This document shows, one piece after another, positions 11,001 to 21,511 of a stretch of DNA of 64,000 nt. The notes under the pieces were generated by a model. It worked only from the letters and a program-made list of their open reading frames with translations, did not search any database and was not told the DNA's origin. How positions within the stretch are numbered: the stretch's first letter is position 1; each line of letters opens with the position of its first letter. The translations under genes and the position numbers were made by a program. The DNA is from Thalia democratica (Eukaryota): positions 17,112,001 through 17,176,000 of the forward strand of contig OZ241834.1 in the NCBI GenBank assembly GCA_965202585.1, written 5' to 3'.

Positions 11001-11397
11001 CGATGAAATTCATCAAATCACCAGACCATCTCCTTTTGAATGTGCGGTCTTTGTAAATTCCATGGCAGATGTCAGCCGCAAGTTCAGAAAAACTAAAAAT
11101 GATGCACCATTTTATCAGCCAGGCCTTTTTAATTGTAGATATGTTTGGTTGAAAAAGAATAACAGAAAGAAATTAGATAATTTGTATGAAGGACCATACA
11201 AAGTGGTAAGAAATAAATCAACAGAACATTCTTTGTACATAATAAAAAATTCTCAGGTTGTGAAAGTATCAATTGGAAATACTAAAGCTTATGTTGGTCC
11301 GTTAAATCTTACTGATGAATTGGAAGGTATTAATAGTTATAATTTAAGACCACATGGGCCAGTTAATTATGCAGAGACCCATAGTTCAGAGGAGTAG
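8017..11397 (+). CDS. pol: Pol polyprotein (protease, reverse transcriptase, RNase H, integrase); probably made as Gag-Pol via -1 frameshift at ~7990-7996
   Basis: PR FLIDSGSEIS; RT YRVCIDY, YPLPRIDEL, LDLKEAY, FGLKNAP, YLDDILI; RH FSDASD, ELRAL, TDN, VADALSR; IN H-x3-H...C-x2-C, LHLDLIG, SDNGKEF, NGYVERQNRT, GPY. Confidence 0.96.
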   Translation: MRGSDGGIKSPLTETVKQSPERPLRWTFKLVKNSFVDPNNLPQNLQFVADLNTNVLFLIDSGSEISLLPKSLTNGINKYFLPNSKSIQGIGDSVIHPVGSADIEVNVSELGNFTHTFWITPESRGYGIIGLDFLKANELEILPAKSQLRSAISGRKTKLLVASDFPSPVVASINSVELINSGKNSLEERCKALLAKFPEITKKPDYTVPPKHNHSLEIIVDNYCPKMTKARRCGGTREVIKDHFFDLLERGAVVRGSGDTCASPVTCVPKKDKTYRVCIDYTILNSHTRPLSYPLPRIDELSEIIPGGTCVFSTLDLKEAYYSLPIEISSQKYAAIITHKGVFIPKRCTFGLKNAPTRFQQMMESIFISCQTFTFIYLDDILIFSKTEEDHISHLKTVFKILSDNGLYLNTNKCNLAKTKLDFLGHSVSIEGLNVLDSKVEAIREYPIPTTRRDLKRFLGLANYYHRFVPKIAEITAPLNELSGGPKSTNRAKINLKDRHIQAFKNTKAILAHTTTLSYEDHNKPLMLFSDASDTHVGAVLEQEGKNGEMRPLAFFSKKLPPLKTVRSTFYKELRALYLSLKHFQYRILGRRLLIRTDNKALVGAINNNLKDQSPMEQRYIMLIKEFDPEVAHIAGSNNTVADALSRPPQITAMHVRAHQEDPDYLCSSESDTSDSELDIDDFDNSEQLITPEVYDLDISSSDVESVSPKTLDREAIAIFQRREPGLIDQARLLKKEVQFTTNENMAFFIEDGIKRVILPESLRLTAYNAAHNRLHLGIEKSIEAIARTFWWPKLRNDISHWVNNCATCQQTKVSRHNRPNIGFFPNNTQRFQFLHLDLIGPLDKSVDYQYVLMIKDRATGLLVTAPIPDKTAITVRNAFIQNWVGHYGVPQVVLSDNGKEFKNFLLQEACKQLGIEQRFTSSRTPQTNGYVERQNRTINVAFRSLEDKTNWALHLPLITCTINNSFIEGSPYTPAQYAFGCSLNLSGRLLFDEVDEIHQITRPSPFECAVFVNSMADVSRKFRKTKNDAPFYQPGLFNCRYVWLKKNNRKKLDNLYEGPYKVVRNKSTEHSLYIIKNSQVVKVSIGNTKAYVGPLNLTDELEGINSYNLRPHGPVNYAETHSSEE

Positions 11398-12281
11398 GAC
11401 ATGGTCAATGGTATGGTGGATTATTTTGGGTTTGGACTGTAACAATTATTTTTTTTTTATTTAATATCCAAAATTATTAATATTTCTTTTTGAGCTATTT
11501 TATCCTTATAATTATTTAAAAAAATTTTAAACTAGTTATATGTAATTTGGGATAAAAAAATTTCTGTGTTTTAAATGTGCTTTGTTTTTGAGTTGATTTG
11601 TTTATCTAAATATAAGCTAACTTATAACAAGATAATAAGATTTTTTTACTTTTATTTTATATCTAAGTTGAACTATTAAATACAATTATTGCTTGTTAAA
11701 TTTATGACAATTTTTGAAACAAAATCTTAAATTTTGGCTTTAAGATTATTTTATTAACACACAAAAAAAAAAACATATCAAAAATAAAGATTTTTTCCAA
11801 CATTTTATTTTATAAAAAAACTAATTTTTTGTTTGCTTTTATTGTGTTGGGAAGTTTTAATAAATAATGAAATCTTGCTTGTGTAACTTACAGTAACCAA
11901 GCAAATTTAACAACAACTGTAAACATTGAAAAAATTCCCTAAAACACAAAAAAAAAATGAAAACTTTATTAATTGCTGTTCTATGGAATTTATTGATTTA
12001 TGTTCAGAAGTTTGACATTTTACATGACCGTAATGTTATGTTCAACTGTATGTGATTTTATGGGTTTTGTCGCCATGATTGTTATTTTGGTTTATTTATT
12101 TTGTCGATAATCTTAGTATGACGTTATTTATACATATTTTGTTTTTTGTTACCTATGTATTCTTTTCTTTCCTTAAAGAGAGTGAGGAAGGAAAGCGGGA
12201 TGTTACTGCACATCTTTACTAGCGTGTTTTTATATGTTTTACTGTTTTGAGAACAATACTTCATTAGATAGGTGCATGTTT

Positions 12282-12311
12282 AAAAAAAAAAAAAAAAAAA
12301 GAGAGGAAAGG
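12282..12311 (+). promoter_or_regulatory. Polypurine tract
   Basis: A19 followed by gagaggaaagg, ending 3 nt before the 3' LTR. Confidence 0.8.
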
Positions 12312-12314
12312 TAA

Positions 12315-13054
12315 TGTAACGATACGTTATTTAATTCCAATTTTCTATTTTTTACTTGGAAACACTTTGTTGTTGGGAAAGCTAAAAACAACAACAAATG
12401 AGATGTTGACAAGTGATAGTATAAGAAATTTGGAATTGTTGCTATAGCAATAGTCTTTAGTCAAGGAAAGGATTATTGTAAGCTGGGGCATTCTTAGAGA
12501 GAGTAGTCTGAGTTCTGAGGAAAGAATTGGAGTGAAGTTTATTGTCTTCCAGTAGAATCACCTTTTCCTGTATGCTAGTGACTAATTTTATTGACTTTTT
12601 TTATAAGCAAGATACTTAAATTGTTTTTAGACAAATTTAAGTATTTTCTTGAATTTTGTTAACATTGTATAAAATTTTATAACAGTTTATAAAATTTTAT
12701 TGATTTTTTCATACCTGAGTTTTTTATTGTAATTTTTGCCTAATTTTAACTACTTTATTCATTTTAAGTTTTTTATATTTTGTTACAAATTGGTTTACTA
12801 TTAAGTTTTTAGTATATAAATTTATCTCAACTGCTTTGTATTTTATATTATTAAATAATTTTTATAAAAGTAAATTTAAACTATGTCACGGGTCAGTCCA
12901 AATCCAGAGTGTCTTCCAGACACTAGGATTCAAACTCGGGCTAAGAGTGCTCGCATTCAAAGCCAAAGATCTCTTAGCCATGAGTCAACCATTGACCCTC
13001 CTACCCTCCTAAACAAACCCTTGGAAGTTGGCATGCCAACCTCCTCTGGTTTCA
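12315..13054 (+). repeat. 3' LTR (740 bp), carrying a second copy of the first 57 gag codons
   Basis: Same sequence as 5482-6221. ORF 12883-13110 repeats the Gag N-terminus and then reads into the satellite. Confidence 0.93.
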
Positions 13055-16000
13055 TAATGTTTGTTTGTAGTGGCAAAAAACAGTTAAGTTCTTTAAAAAG
13101 AATTTTTTAGTGCAAAGTCCCGCTGTTTTTCTCCAGAATTGTATTGGATATTTAGAAAAACAGCCACCTTTAATCACACGAATTTTTGAAGAAGTTCTGA
13201 GCTCTGTTTGGTGGTAATGTAAGGTCGTTGTAGGAAAGAGCTCTTACGTTGTTTGAAGTAAGTTTTTTGTGAAAAGTTCCGCTGTTATTCTCCAGAATTG
13301 TGTTGATTTTATTTAAATAAACAGCTACCTTTAATCACTCGACTTTTTAAAAAAGATTTGAGCTCTGTTTGGTGGTAATGTTAGGTTGTAGTGGCAAAGA
13401 ACAGTTATTTTCCTTAAAAAGAAGTTTTTTTGTGAAAAGTCCCGCTGTTTTTCTCCAGAATTTTGTTGATTTTATTTAGAAATACAGCTACCTTTAAACA
13501 CTCGACTTTTTAAAGAAGTTTTGAGCTCTGCTTGATGGTAATGTTTCGTTGTAGTAGCATAAAACCGTTTTGTTCTTAAAAAAGAAGTTTAAAAGTCCCG
13601 CTGTTTTTTTCCAGAATTGTGTTGATTTTATTTAGATAAACAGCTACCTTTAATCACTCAACTTTTTAAAAAAGATTTGAGCTCTGCTTGATGGTAATGT
13701 TAGGTTATAGTGTCAAAGAACAATTATGTTCTTAAAAAAGATTTTTTTTGTAACAAGTCCCGCCGTTTTTCTCCAGAATTGTGCTGATTTTATTTAGAAA
13801 AACAGCTGACTTTAAACACTCGACTTTTTAAAGAAGTTCTAAGCTCTGCTTTATTGTAAAACTAGGTTGTATTGGGAAAGAGCTCTTATGTTCTTAAAAC
13901 GGAGTTTTTTGTGGCAAGTCCCGCTTTTTTTTGTTCAGAATTAATTAGGTTTTATCTAAAAAAACAGCTACTTTTAATCACTCGACTTTTTAAAGAAGAA
14001 TTGAGCTCTGTTTGACGGTAATGTTTGGTTGTAGTAGGAAAGAGCTCTTACGTTGATTAAAGTAAGTTTTTTGTGAAAAGTTCCGCTGTTATTCTCCAGA
14101 ATTGTGTTGATTTTATTTAAATAAACAGCTACCTTTAATCACTCGACTTTTTAAAGAAGGTTTGAGCTCTGCTTGACGGTACTGTTAGGTTATAGTGTCA
14201 AAGCACCGTTAAGTTCTTTAAAAAGAAGTTTTTTGTGAAAAGTCCCGCTGTTTTTCTCCAGAATTTTGCTGATTTTATTTAGAAAAACAGCTACCTTTAA
14301 TCACTCAAATTTTTAAAGAGGATTTGAGCTCTGCTTGATGGTAATGTTAGGTTGTAGTGGTAAAGCACCGTTATGTTCTTAAAAAACAAGTTTTTTGTGA
14401 TAAGTCCCGCCGTTTTTATCCAGAATTGTGCTAATTTTATTGAGAAAAACAGCTCACTTTAAACACTCGACTTTTTAAAGAAGATTTGAGCTCTGTTTGA
14501 CGGTACTGTTAGGTTATAGTGTCAAAGCACCGTTATGTTCTTTAAAAAGAAGTTTTTTGTGAAAAGTCCCGCTGTTTTTATCGGGAATTGTGTTGATTTT
14601 ATTTAGAAAAAGAGCTACCTTTAATCACTCGACTTTTTAAAAAAGATTTGAGCTCTGTTTGATGGTAATGTTAGGTTGTAGTGGCAAAGAACAGTTATGT
14701 TCTTAAAAAAGATTTTTTTTGTGAAAAGTTCCGCCGTTTTTTTCCAGAATTGTGCTGATTTTATTTAGAAAAACAGCTGACTTTAATCACTCGACTTTTT
14801 AAAGAAGTTCTAAGCTCTGCTTTATTGTAAAACTAGGTTGTATTGGGAAAGAGCTCTTATGTTCTTAAAACGGAGTTCTTTGTCGCAAGTCCCGCTTTTT
14901 TTGTTTAGAATTAATTAGGTTTTATCTAAAAAACAGCTACCTTTACTCACTCGACTTTTTTAAGAAGAATTGAGCTCTGTTTGGTGGTAATGTTTGGTTG
15001 TAGTAGGAAAGAGCTCCTACGTCGTTTTAGGTAAGTTTTTTGTGAAAAGTTCCGCTGTTATTCTCCAGAATTGTGTTGATTTTATTTAAATAAACAGCTA
15101 CCTTTAATCACTCGACTTTTTAAAGAAGGTTTGAGCTCTGCTTGACGGTACTGTTAGGTTATAGTGTCAAAGCACCGTTAAGTTCTTTAAAAAGAAGTTT
15201 TTTGTGAAAAGTCCCGCTGTTTTTCTCCAGAATTTTGTTGATTTTATTTAGAAAAACAGCTACCTTTAATCACTCAAATTTTTAAAGAGGATTTGAGCTC
15301 TCCTTGATGGTAATGTTAGGTTGTAGTGGTAAAGCACCGTTATGTTCTTAAAAAAGAAGTTTTTTGTGACAAGTCCCGCCGTTTTTCTCCAGAATTTTGT
15401 TGATTTTATTGAAAAAAAAGCTGACTTTAAACACTCGACTTTTTAAAGAAGATTTGAGCTCTGTTTGACGGTACTGTTAGGTTATAGTGTCAAACCACCG
15501 TTATGTTCTTTAAAAAGAAGTTTTTTTTGAAAAATCACGCTGTTTTTATCGGGAATTGTGTTGATTTTATTAAGAAAAAGAGCTACCTTTAATCACTCGA
15601 CTTTTTTAAGAAGATTTGAGCTCTGTTTGATGGTAATGTTAAGTTGTAGTGGCAAAGAACAGTTATGTTCTTAAAAAAGATTTTTTTTGTAACAAGTCCC
15701 GCCGTTTTTCTCCAGAATTGTGCTGATTTTATTTATAAAAACAGCTGACTTTAAACACTCGACTTTTTAAAGAAGTTCTAAGCTCTGATTTATTGTAAAA
15801 CTAGGTTATATTGGGAAAGAGCTCTTATGTTCTTAAAACGGACTTTATTGTCGCATAACCCGCTGTTTTCTCCAGAATTGTATTAAATTTCTTTATAAAA
15901 ACAGCTACCTTTAATCACTCGACTTTTTAAAGAAGATTTGAGCTCTGTTTGACGGTAATGTTAGGTTGTAGTGGCAAAGAACAGTTATGTTCCCTAAAAA

Positions 16001-17780
16001 GAAGTTTTTTACGTTAAGTCCCGCTGTTTTTTCTCCAGAATTGTATTGGATATTTAAAAAAAAAGCTACCTTTAATCACACGACTTTTTAAAGAAGTTCT
16101 GAGCTCTGTTTGGTGGTAATGTTTGGTTGTAGTAGGAAAGAGCTCTTACGTTGATTAAAGTAAGTTTTTTGTGAAAAGTTCCGCTGTTATTCTCCGGATT
16201 GTGTTGATTTTATTTAAATAAACAGCTACCTTTAATCACTCGACTTTTTAAAGAAGATTTGAGCTCTGTTTGACGGTAATGTTAAGTTGTAGTGGCAAAG
16301 CACCGTTATATTCTTTAAAAAGAAGTTTTTTGTGAAAAGTCCTGCTGTTTTTTTCCAGAATTGTGTTTAATTTATTTATAAAAAACAGCTACCTTTTAAC
16401 ACTCGACTTTTTAAAGAAGTTCTAAACTCTGCTTTATTGTAAAACTAGGTTGTATTGGGAAAGAGCTCTTATGTTCTTAAAACGGAGGTTTTTGTCTCAA
16501 TTGCCGCTTATTTTGTTCAGAATTAGTTAGGTTTTATCTAAAAAAGCAGCTACCTTTAATCACTCAACTTTTTAAAGAAGATTTGAGCTCTGTTTGACGG
16601 TAATGTTAGGTTGTAATGGGAAATAACAGTTATGTTCCCTAAAAAGAATTTTTTTGTGACAAGTCCCGCTGTTTTTCTCCAGAATTCTATGGGATATTTA
16701 GAAAAACAGCTACCTTTAATCACATGAATTTTTAAAGAAATTCAGAGCTCTGTTTGATGGTAATGTTAGGTTGTAGTGGCAAAGAACAGTTATGTTCCCT
16801 AAAAAGAGTTTTTTGTGACAAGTCCCGCTGTTTTACTCCAGAATTGTATGGGATATTTAGAAAAACAGCTACCTTTAATCACACGACTTTTTAAAGAAGA
16901 TTTAAGCTCTGTTTGGTTGTAATGTTAGGTTGTAGTGGCAAAGCACCGTTATGTTCTTTAAAAAAAAGTTTTTTGTGAAAAGTCCCGCTGTTTTTCTCCA
17001 GATTTGTGTTGATTTTATTTAGAAAAACAGCCTCCTTTAATCATTCGACTTTTTAAAGAAGTTTTGAGCTCTGCTTGATAGTAATGTTTGGTTATAGTGA
17101 CAAAGTACCGTTATATTCTTTAAAAAGAAGTTTTTTGTGCAAAGTCCCGCTTTTTTTCTCCAGAATTGTGTTAGATATTCAGAAAAACAGCTACCTTTAA
17201 TCACACGATTTTTTAAAGAAGTTCTGAGCTCTGTTTAGTGGTAATGTTAGGATGTAGTGGTAAAGCACAGTTATGTTTTTTGAAAAGAAGTTTTATGTGA
17301 CAAGTTCCGCCGTTTTTCGCTCCAAAATTGTATAGGTTATATTCAGATAAAGAGCTACTATTAATCGAACGATTTTTTAAAGAACTTTTGGGCATTGATT
17401 GATAGTTATTTTAGGTTGCAATAATAAAAAATTCCTTCAGAATAAAGTTTTGTGACATGTTCCGATGTCTTTTTTTTCAGAATCATATAAGTTATAGTTG
17501 TATAAACAGCTACCTTTAATCTAAAGACTTCTCAAAGAAGCTTTCAGCTCTGCTTTATGTTCAACTAAGGTTGGAGTTGGCAAGAGCCCAAATGTTCCTT
17601 AAAAAAAAGTTTTATTGTAACAAGTTTCGCTTTTTTTCTCCAAAATTAAACAAGATTACTTAGAAAAACAGCTGACTTTAATCACAAGACTTTATAAAGA
17701 AGTAGTGTTTACTGTTTGATGGTAATCTTAAGTTTTAATGGGAAAGAACATTTATCCTTCATAAGAAGTTTTTTTTCACA
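13055..17780. repeat. ~161-bp tandem satellite, right arm (about 29 monomers) with ~969-bp six-monomer higher-order repeat
   Basis: The same monomer resumes in register after the TSD. Variant markers recur at ~969-bp spacing between ~13850 and ~15800, and the array decays after ~17300. Confidence 0.95.
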
Positions 17781-20053
17781 ATTTACTACAACCAGTGCAT
17801 GTTATTAAATTATTGTTTAAAAATATTATTTCGTTTGGTTGAAAATATGTCCAGATTGTATATTAGACCTTTTGCCAGTAAACTTTTTGCAGTTCTGCTT
17901 ACTTTCTTGAGTGTTTATTGTTAGAGTATATAGCAGGCAAATTACTAACCTTATGACTTAAAATATTGATACTTTACTTTACAACAAACAGATTTTTGTA
18001 AACTTGTCATAGAAGTTGTGGATATTTCTTTATTAATTCTCTATCAAAAAAGACAACAAAATGAGTTTTTAACTTTAGTATAGTAAAAACACATTTCAGT
18101 TTAAATAAACAGAAAATTTAACGAATAAATTAAACTTAAGCAAAGGGTATTTAAAAATCTATAGGCAAAAATGAGAAGCTATTTATAATAATTTTAAGTA
18201 AAACATACTTAACGATTTAAGTATTTAAACTTAGATGTACTAAAAACTAATAACAACAACTTAAGCTTTGATGAAAAGTACTTCAGAAATGAGTAGACTA
18301 AAATGAGCAATTAGAATTTATTTTAAATGTTTTGATTTAAAGTCATAAAAGTATTTAAAAAAATGGTATTACTATAAAAAGCTTATTTATATTGAACAAC
18401 CAAACTAACCAACCGTTGAATGCTGAAGTGTTTCTTTTGATATCTGAACTGATAAATGCTTATGGTATATGGAACTGATGAAGTACTGCTTATAGTATAC
18501 TTCAAATCAATTCGATTGTGATGTTGGTTTTCTCACACTGAAAATATTATCTAAAAAAGTTGGCATTTAATAGCGCATGAAAAGATCTTCTTTTTTGTGG
18601 AATTCTTTTTGTCATCTCCTGGTTGTCATGGGTTTTTCTCAAAGAAGAGCAGTTTGACAACTTTTGTCATATTGTTAATAATAATGTTAATGTAATTTTT
18701 TTGGTAATTTGAAGTGCAGTAACGAACTCGCACCGCCTGATATTTAAAACTCTCGCTATTAAAATAAATTCTATTTTTAATAAATATTCCGCAATTTTTA
18801 TCAAAATTGCAGAATTTTGAATAATGTGAATTTTTTTGCGCTTAGGCCAGTCTGATAGAAAACCAATGTTATTTAAGTTGGATTTGCTAGCTAGTATTTC
18901 CTCAGTTTTTATTTTAAGACATTACTAATATGTAAACTTGTTTAACAAAATACTACTGATACTGTACTTAATTTTTCACACGTAATTATTTTTAAGTGTG
19001 CTACTTGACATTACGTAATAATTACTACTAAAAACTAGTGTAAAAGTTTTCGCTCAAAACTTTTAAAAAACAATTTAAATAAAGTAGTTGACAATAAAAT
19101 TCGATACGTACCCCGAATACTCAAAAGAACTTAACTTTCCCCAAAATATTTACTACTAATGATTAAACATTTTTAATAATAATGTTTTCACAAGACCTCT
19201 CTCCTAAAGTATCTAAGCGTTCTGTCATTTATTAAAGTTAATATGTTTCAATGATACTTTAGATTACTTAACTTGAAAAATTGGGTTGTGTTTTCTTGTA
19301 GAACTTTTTATAAGTAGTATCTTATAATGTTTTTAATTAAAACGTTATGTTTTTATAATGTACTAACTTTTTCTTTTTATTTTTTAGTTATTGTATTTGT
19401 TCATCTAATTTCATCTTTTATATATTTAAAAGTTAAAAAAAATTATATCTTTTTAGTGTTTGCTCTTCGTTTTTACTCTTCGTGTGTCATCTGTTTAAGC
19501 GGCCCAGGTATTGATGTCTGAGTCAAAACACAATGAACAACAACAATAAATTTATTAATAAAATAAAACTAACTAAGAAAACTTGTAAGGAAGTAATGTA
19601 CGTTTCAAAGAGTTGTGTTTAGTTGAAGTAGCTATAAAAACGTATAGTTTAAAGTGTTAGAAAACAAAGTTTAACCAGGATAAAAAATTATAATGAGCTC
19701 TAATTTATTAGGTTTATAGAGTCTAAATACCTCTAAAAAAAATTTTTTATAAATTTTACGGAACTAAAAGTTAAAAAGCTTTAATATAATAACAAACTTC
19801 TATTGGTAGTGAATTTGATTAAGTATTTTTAAATTGTAATTTAAACAAATGAAAAAATAGCATGACATGAACTAATCTATGTAAAAATCTGTTTACATAA
19901 GTTTAAAAAAAAAGTTAAAACTTTGTCTAATAAAAGTTAACCTATGATAAAGTCAGATTTGCTTTTTGAGGAAAAAATCCGATTTAGAGTCATTAAAAAC
20001 TAGATTGATATTAATTTCAATAATAACAGATCAGTTTATTTCTAAATATTAGA

Positions 20054-20346
20054 CTCAAGTTAATACATAGTTTGATCATACCAATTCGATCATCAGACTA
20101 AAAGCCTTCGGTAGACTGAGACCCCTTTTTCGTTCTTAGTGAAACTCGTCAGTTAGCCGCAACCGAAAAACTTGCAGTCGTTAATCTACAAACGGCTTAT
20201 CATGTTCGTTTGTAGATTGACGACTTCAAGTTTTTAGTTCCGGCTGACTGACGAGTTTCACTGAGAACGAAACAGAGGTCTCAGTCTAGCGAAGGCTTGT
20301 TGTCTGATGATCGAATTGGTATGATCAAACTTTGTGTCAACTTGAG
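20054..20346. repeat. Fold-back (palindromic) element, ~140-bp imperfect arms, 12-nt loop
   Basis: ctcaagtt...gtttgatcataccaattcgatcatcagac...aatctacaaacg / loop gcttatcatgtt (20195-20206) / reverse-complement arm ending aacttgag. No clear TSD. Confidence 0.85.
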
Positions 20347-21511
20347 ATTGTCTCACGGTATACAAAATTCCAAGCTAAGGCTCTGTAGGCTTTTGCCAAG
20401 GTTTTCTTTAAGTATAAGACTGGAACTTGCTCGGGTTTGAAGAAGAACGAAAATATAGATACTTGTAGAACTTTTAAGTAGTTTTTAAATGCATTTATCA
20501 AAACCCCTTTTTAACTTCAATACTAAACTATACTAAAATAACCTGTAAACTGAGATTAAACAAATTTATATAAAGAAAAAGCGTCTATTTATTAAACTGT
20601 TGAAAAACGTTTTGTGCATAGTAAATAACATCTGATGCACATTACTTTTAAATATTAGTGTGCAGTTTAGCAAAGAGTTCTTAGTTGACAACATTGATAA
20701 GAAAAAGTCCATTTTTATGCTTAGATTATTTAAAAAACGTTAACTACTAAAAATACGTTAAAATTAGTAGAAACAGCTTAGTAGATATTTGAGTTTAATT
20801 AATACTCTTATAGATTAAGATAATAAACTACCAGGATTAGAATTGGCTGACATAGTTTTTAAAAATGTTTTACTTTAAAAGTAAATAAAGATTTGCTTTA
20901 GAAACTTTTTTAGAAATGCTTAAGCAGTTTTTAATAAGCTAAGGACCTATTTTTCTAATCTCGGGTCGCACTGTATAGAAAAATGATTTCGCGGGCCGCA
21001 GTTACTAAGAATAATTGTACTAATCAATAGAAAAATACTACTTTTTATCAATAGTATGTAAAATTAGCACTACTAAATTGTAAGTTTTAATTATTGGAAT
21101 TAGAGCCTAAATATAGTTTTTTACCACAAAAAATATTTTCTTCTTTGTTTTAAGCTGAAAAAACGCGATATTTAGCCATCTAAATTCTCAAAATTTTAGC
21201 CTTGTTTTTAAAATATTTTGTTTTTTATCTTTAAATAAAGTTTCGAAAGGTTTTATTTTCTAGTTTATTTTATCTCACAGTTAAGTTGCATTCTTAACAA
21301 TAAGAAAAGTTTATTTTTCACTTATAAAACTTATTAATCACGCTTTATACGTTAGTTCAGAGTTTGAAATTTTAACAAACATGTTTTAAATAACGATTAT
21401 TGTTTTGTCCTGTACTGATGCACTTGTAGCTTCTTGTTAACTTCAACATTAAACAACAACCAACTGATTTTTGACGTAACTGACAAAAAATTATCTTTAA
21501 CTTCTTCTCTA

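Larger units (their letters stand above)
5482..13054 (+). mobile_element. Full-length Ty3/Gypsy LTR retrotransposon, CsRn1-like lineage, recently inserted in the satellite
   Basis: Two 740-bp direct repeats with TG...CA ends and a 4-bp TSD (TAAT at 5478-5481 and 13055-13058). PBS and PPT are present, gag and pol are intact in PR-RT-RH-IN order, and there is no env. The Gag CHCC-type knuckle (CHRHRKFGNNAYECAAPGTC) and 4-bp TSD fit the CsRn1 group. Confidence 0.95.

Noticed and set aside
11398-12281. env or accessory ORF in the long 3' region of the retrotransposon
   Set aside because: AT-rich with homopolymer runs and no ORF of 60 aa or more.
12310-12320. Similarity of the element's PPT-LTR junction (ggtaatgtaac) to the satellite target (ggtaatgt) as evidence of homology-driven insertion
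   Set aside because: Only ~8 nt in AT-rich DNA, and the clean 4-bp TSD with TG..CA ends indicates normal integrase-mediated insertion.
3390-17780. Satellite as a CRISPR array or coding repeat
   Set aside because: The whole monomer is repeated with no unique spacers, there are no cas genes, the context is eukaryotic, and the 161-bp period gives no sustained ORF.
3390-17780. CENP-B box in the satellite
   Set aside because: No match to the TTCG....A..CGGG core was seen, so centromeric identity is unsupported by motif.
18410-18760. Possible relic coding sequence, slightly richer in GC
   Set aside because: Multiple stops in all frames and no motif I could name.
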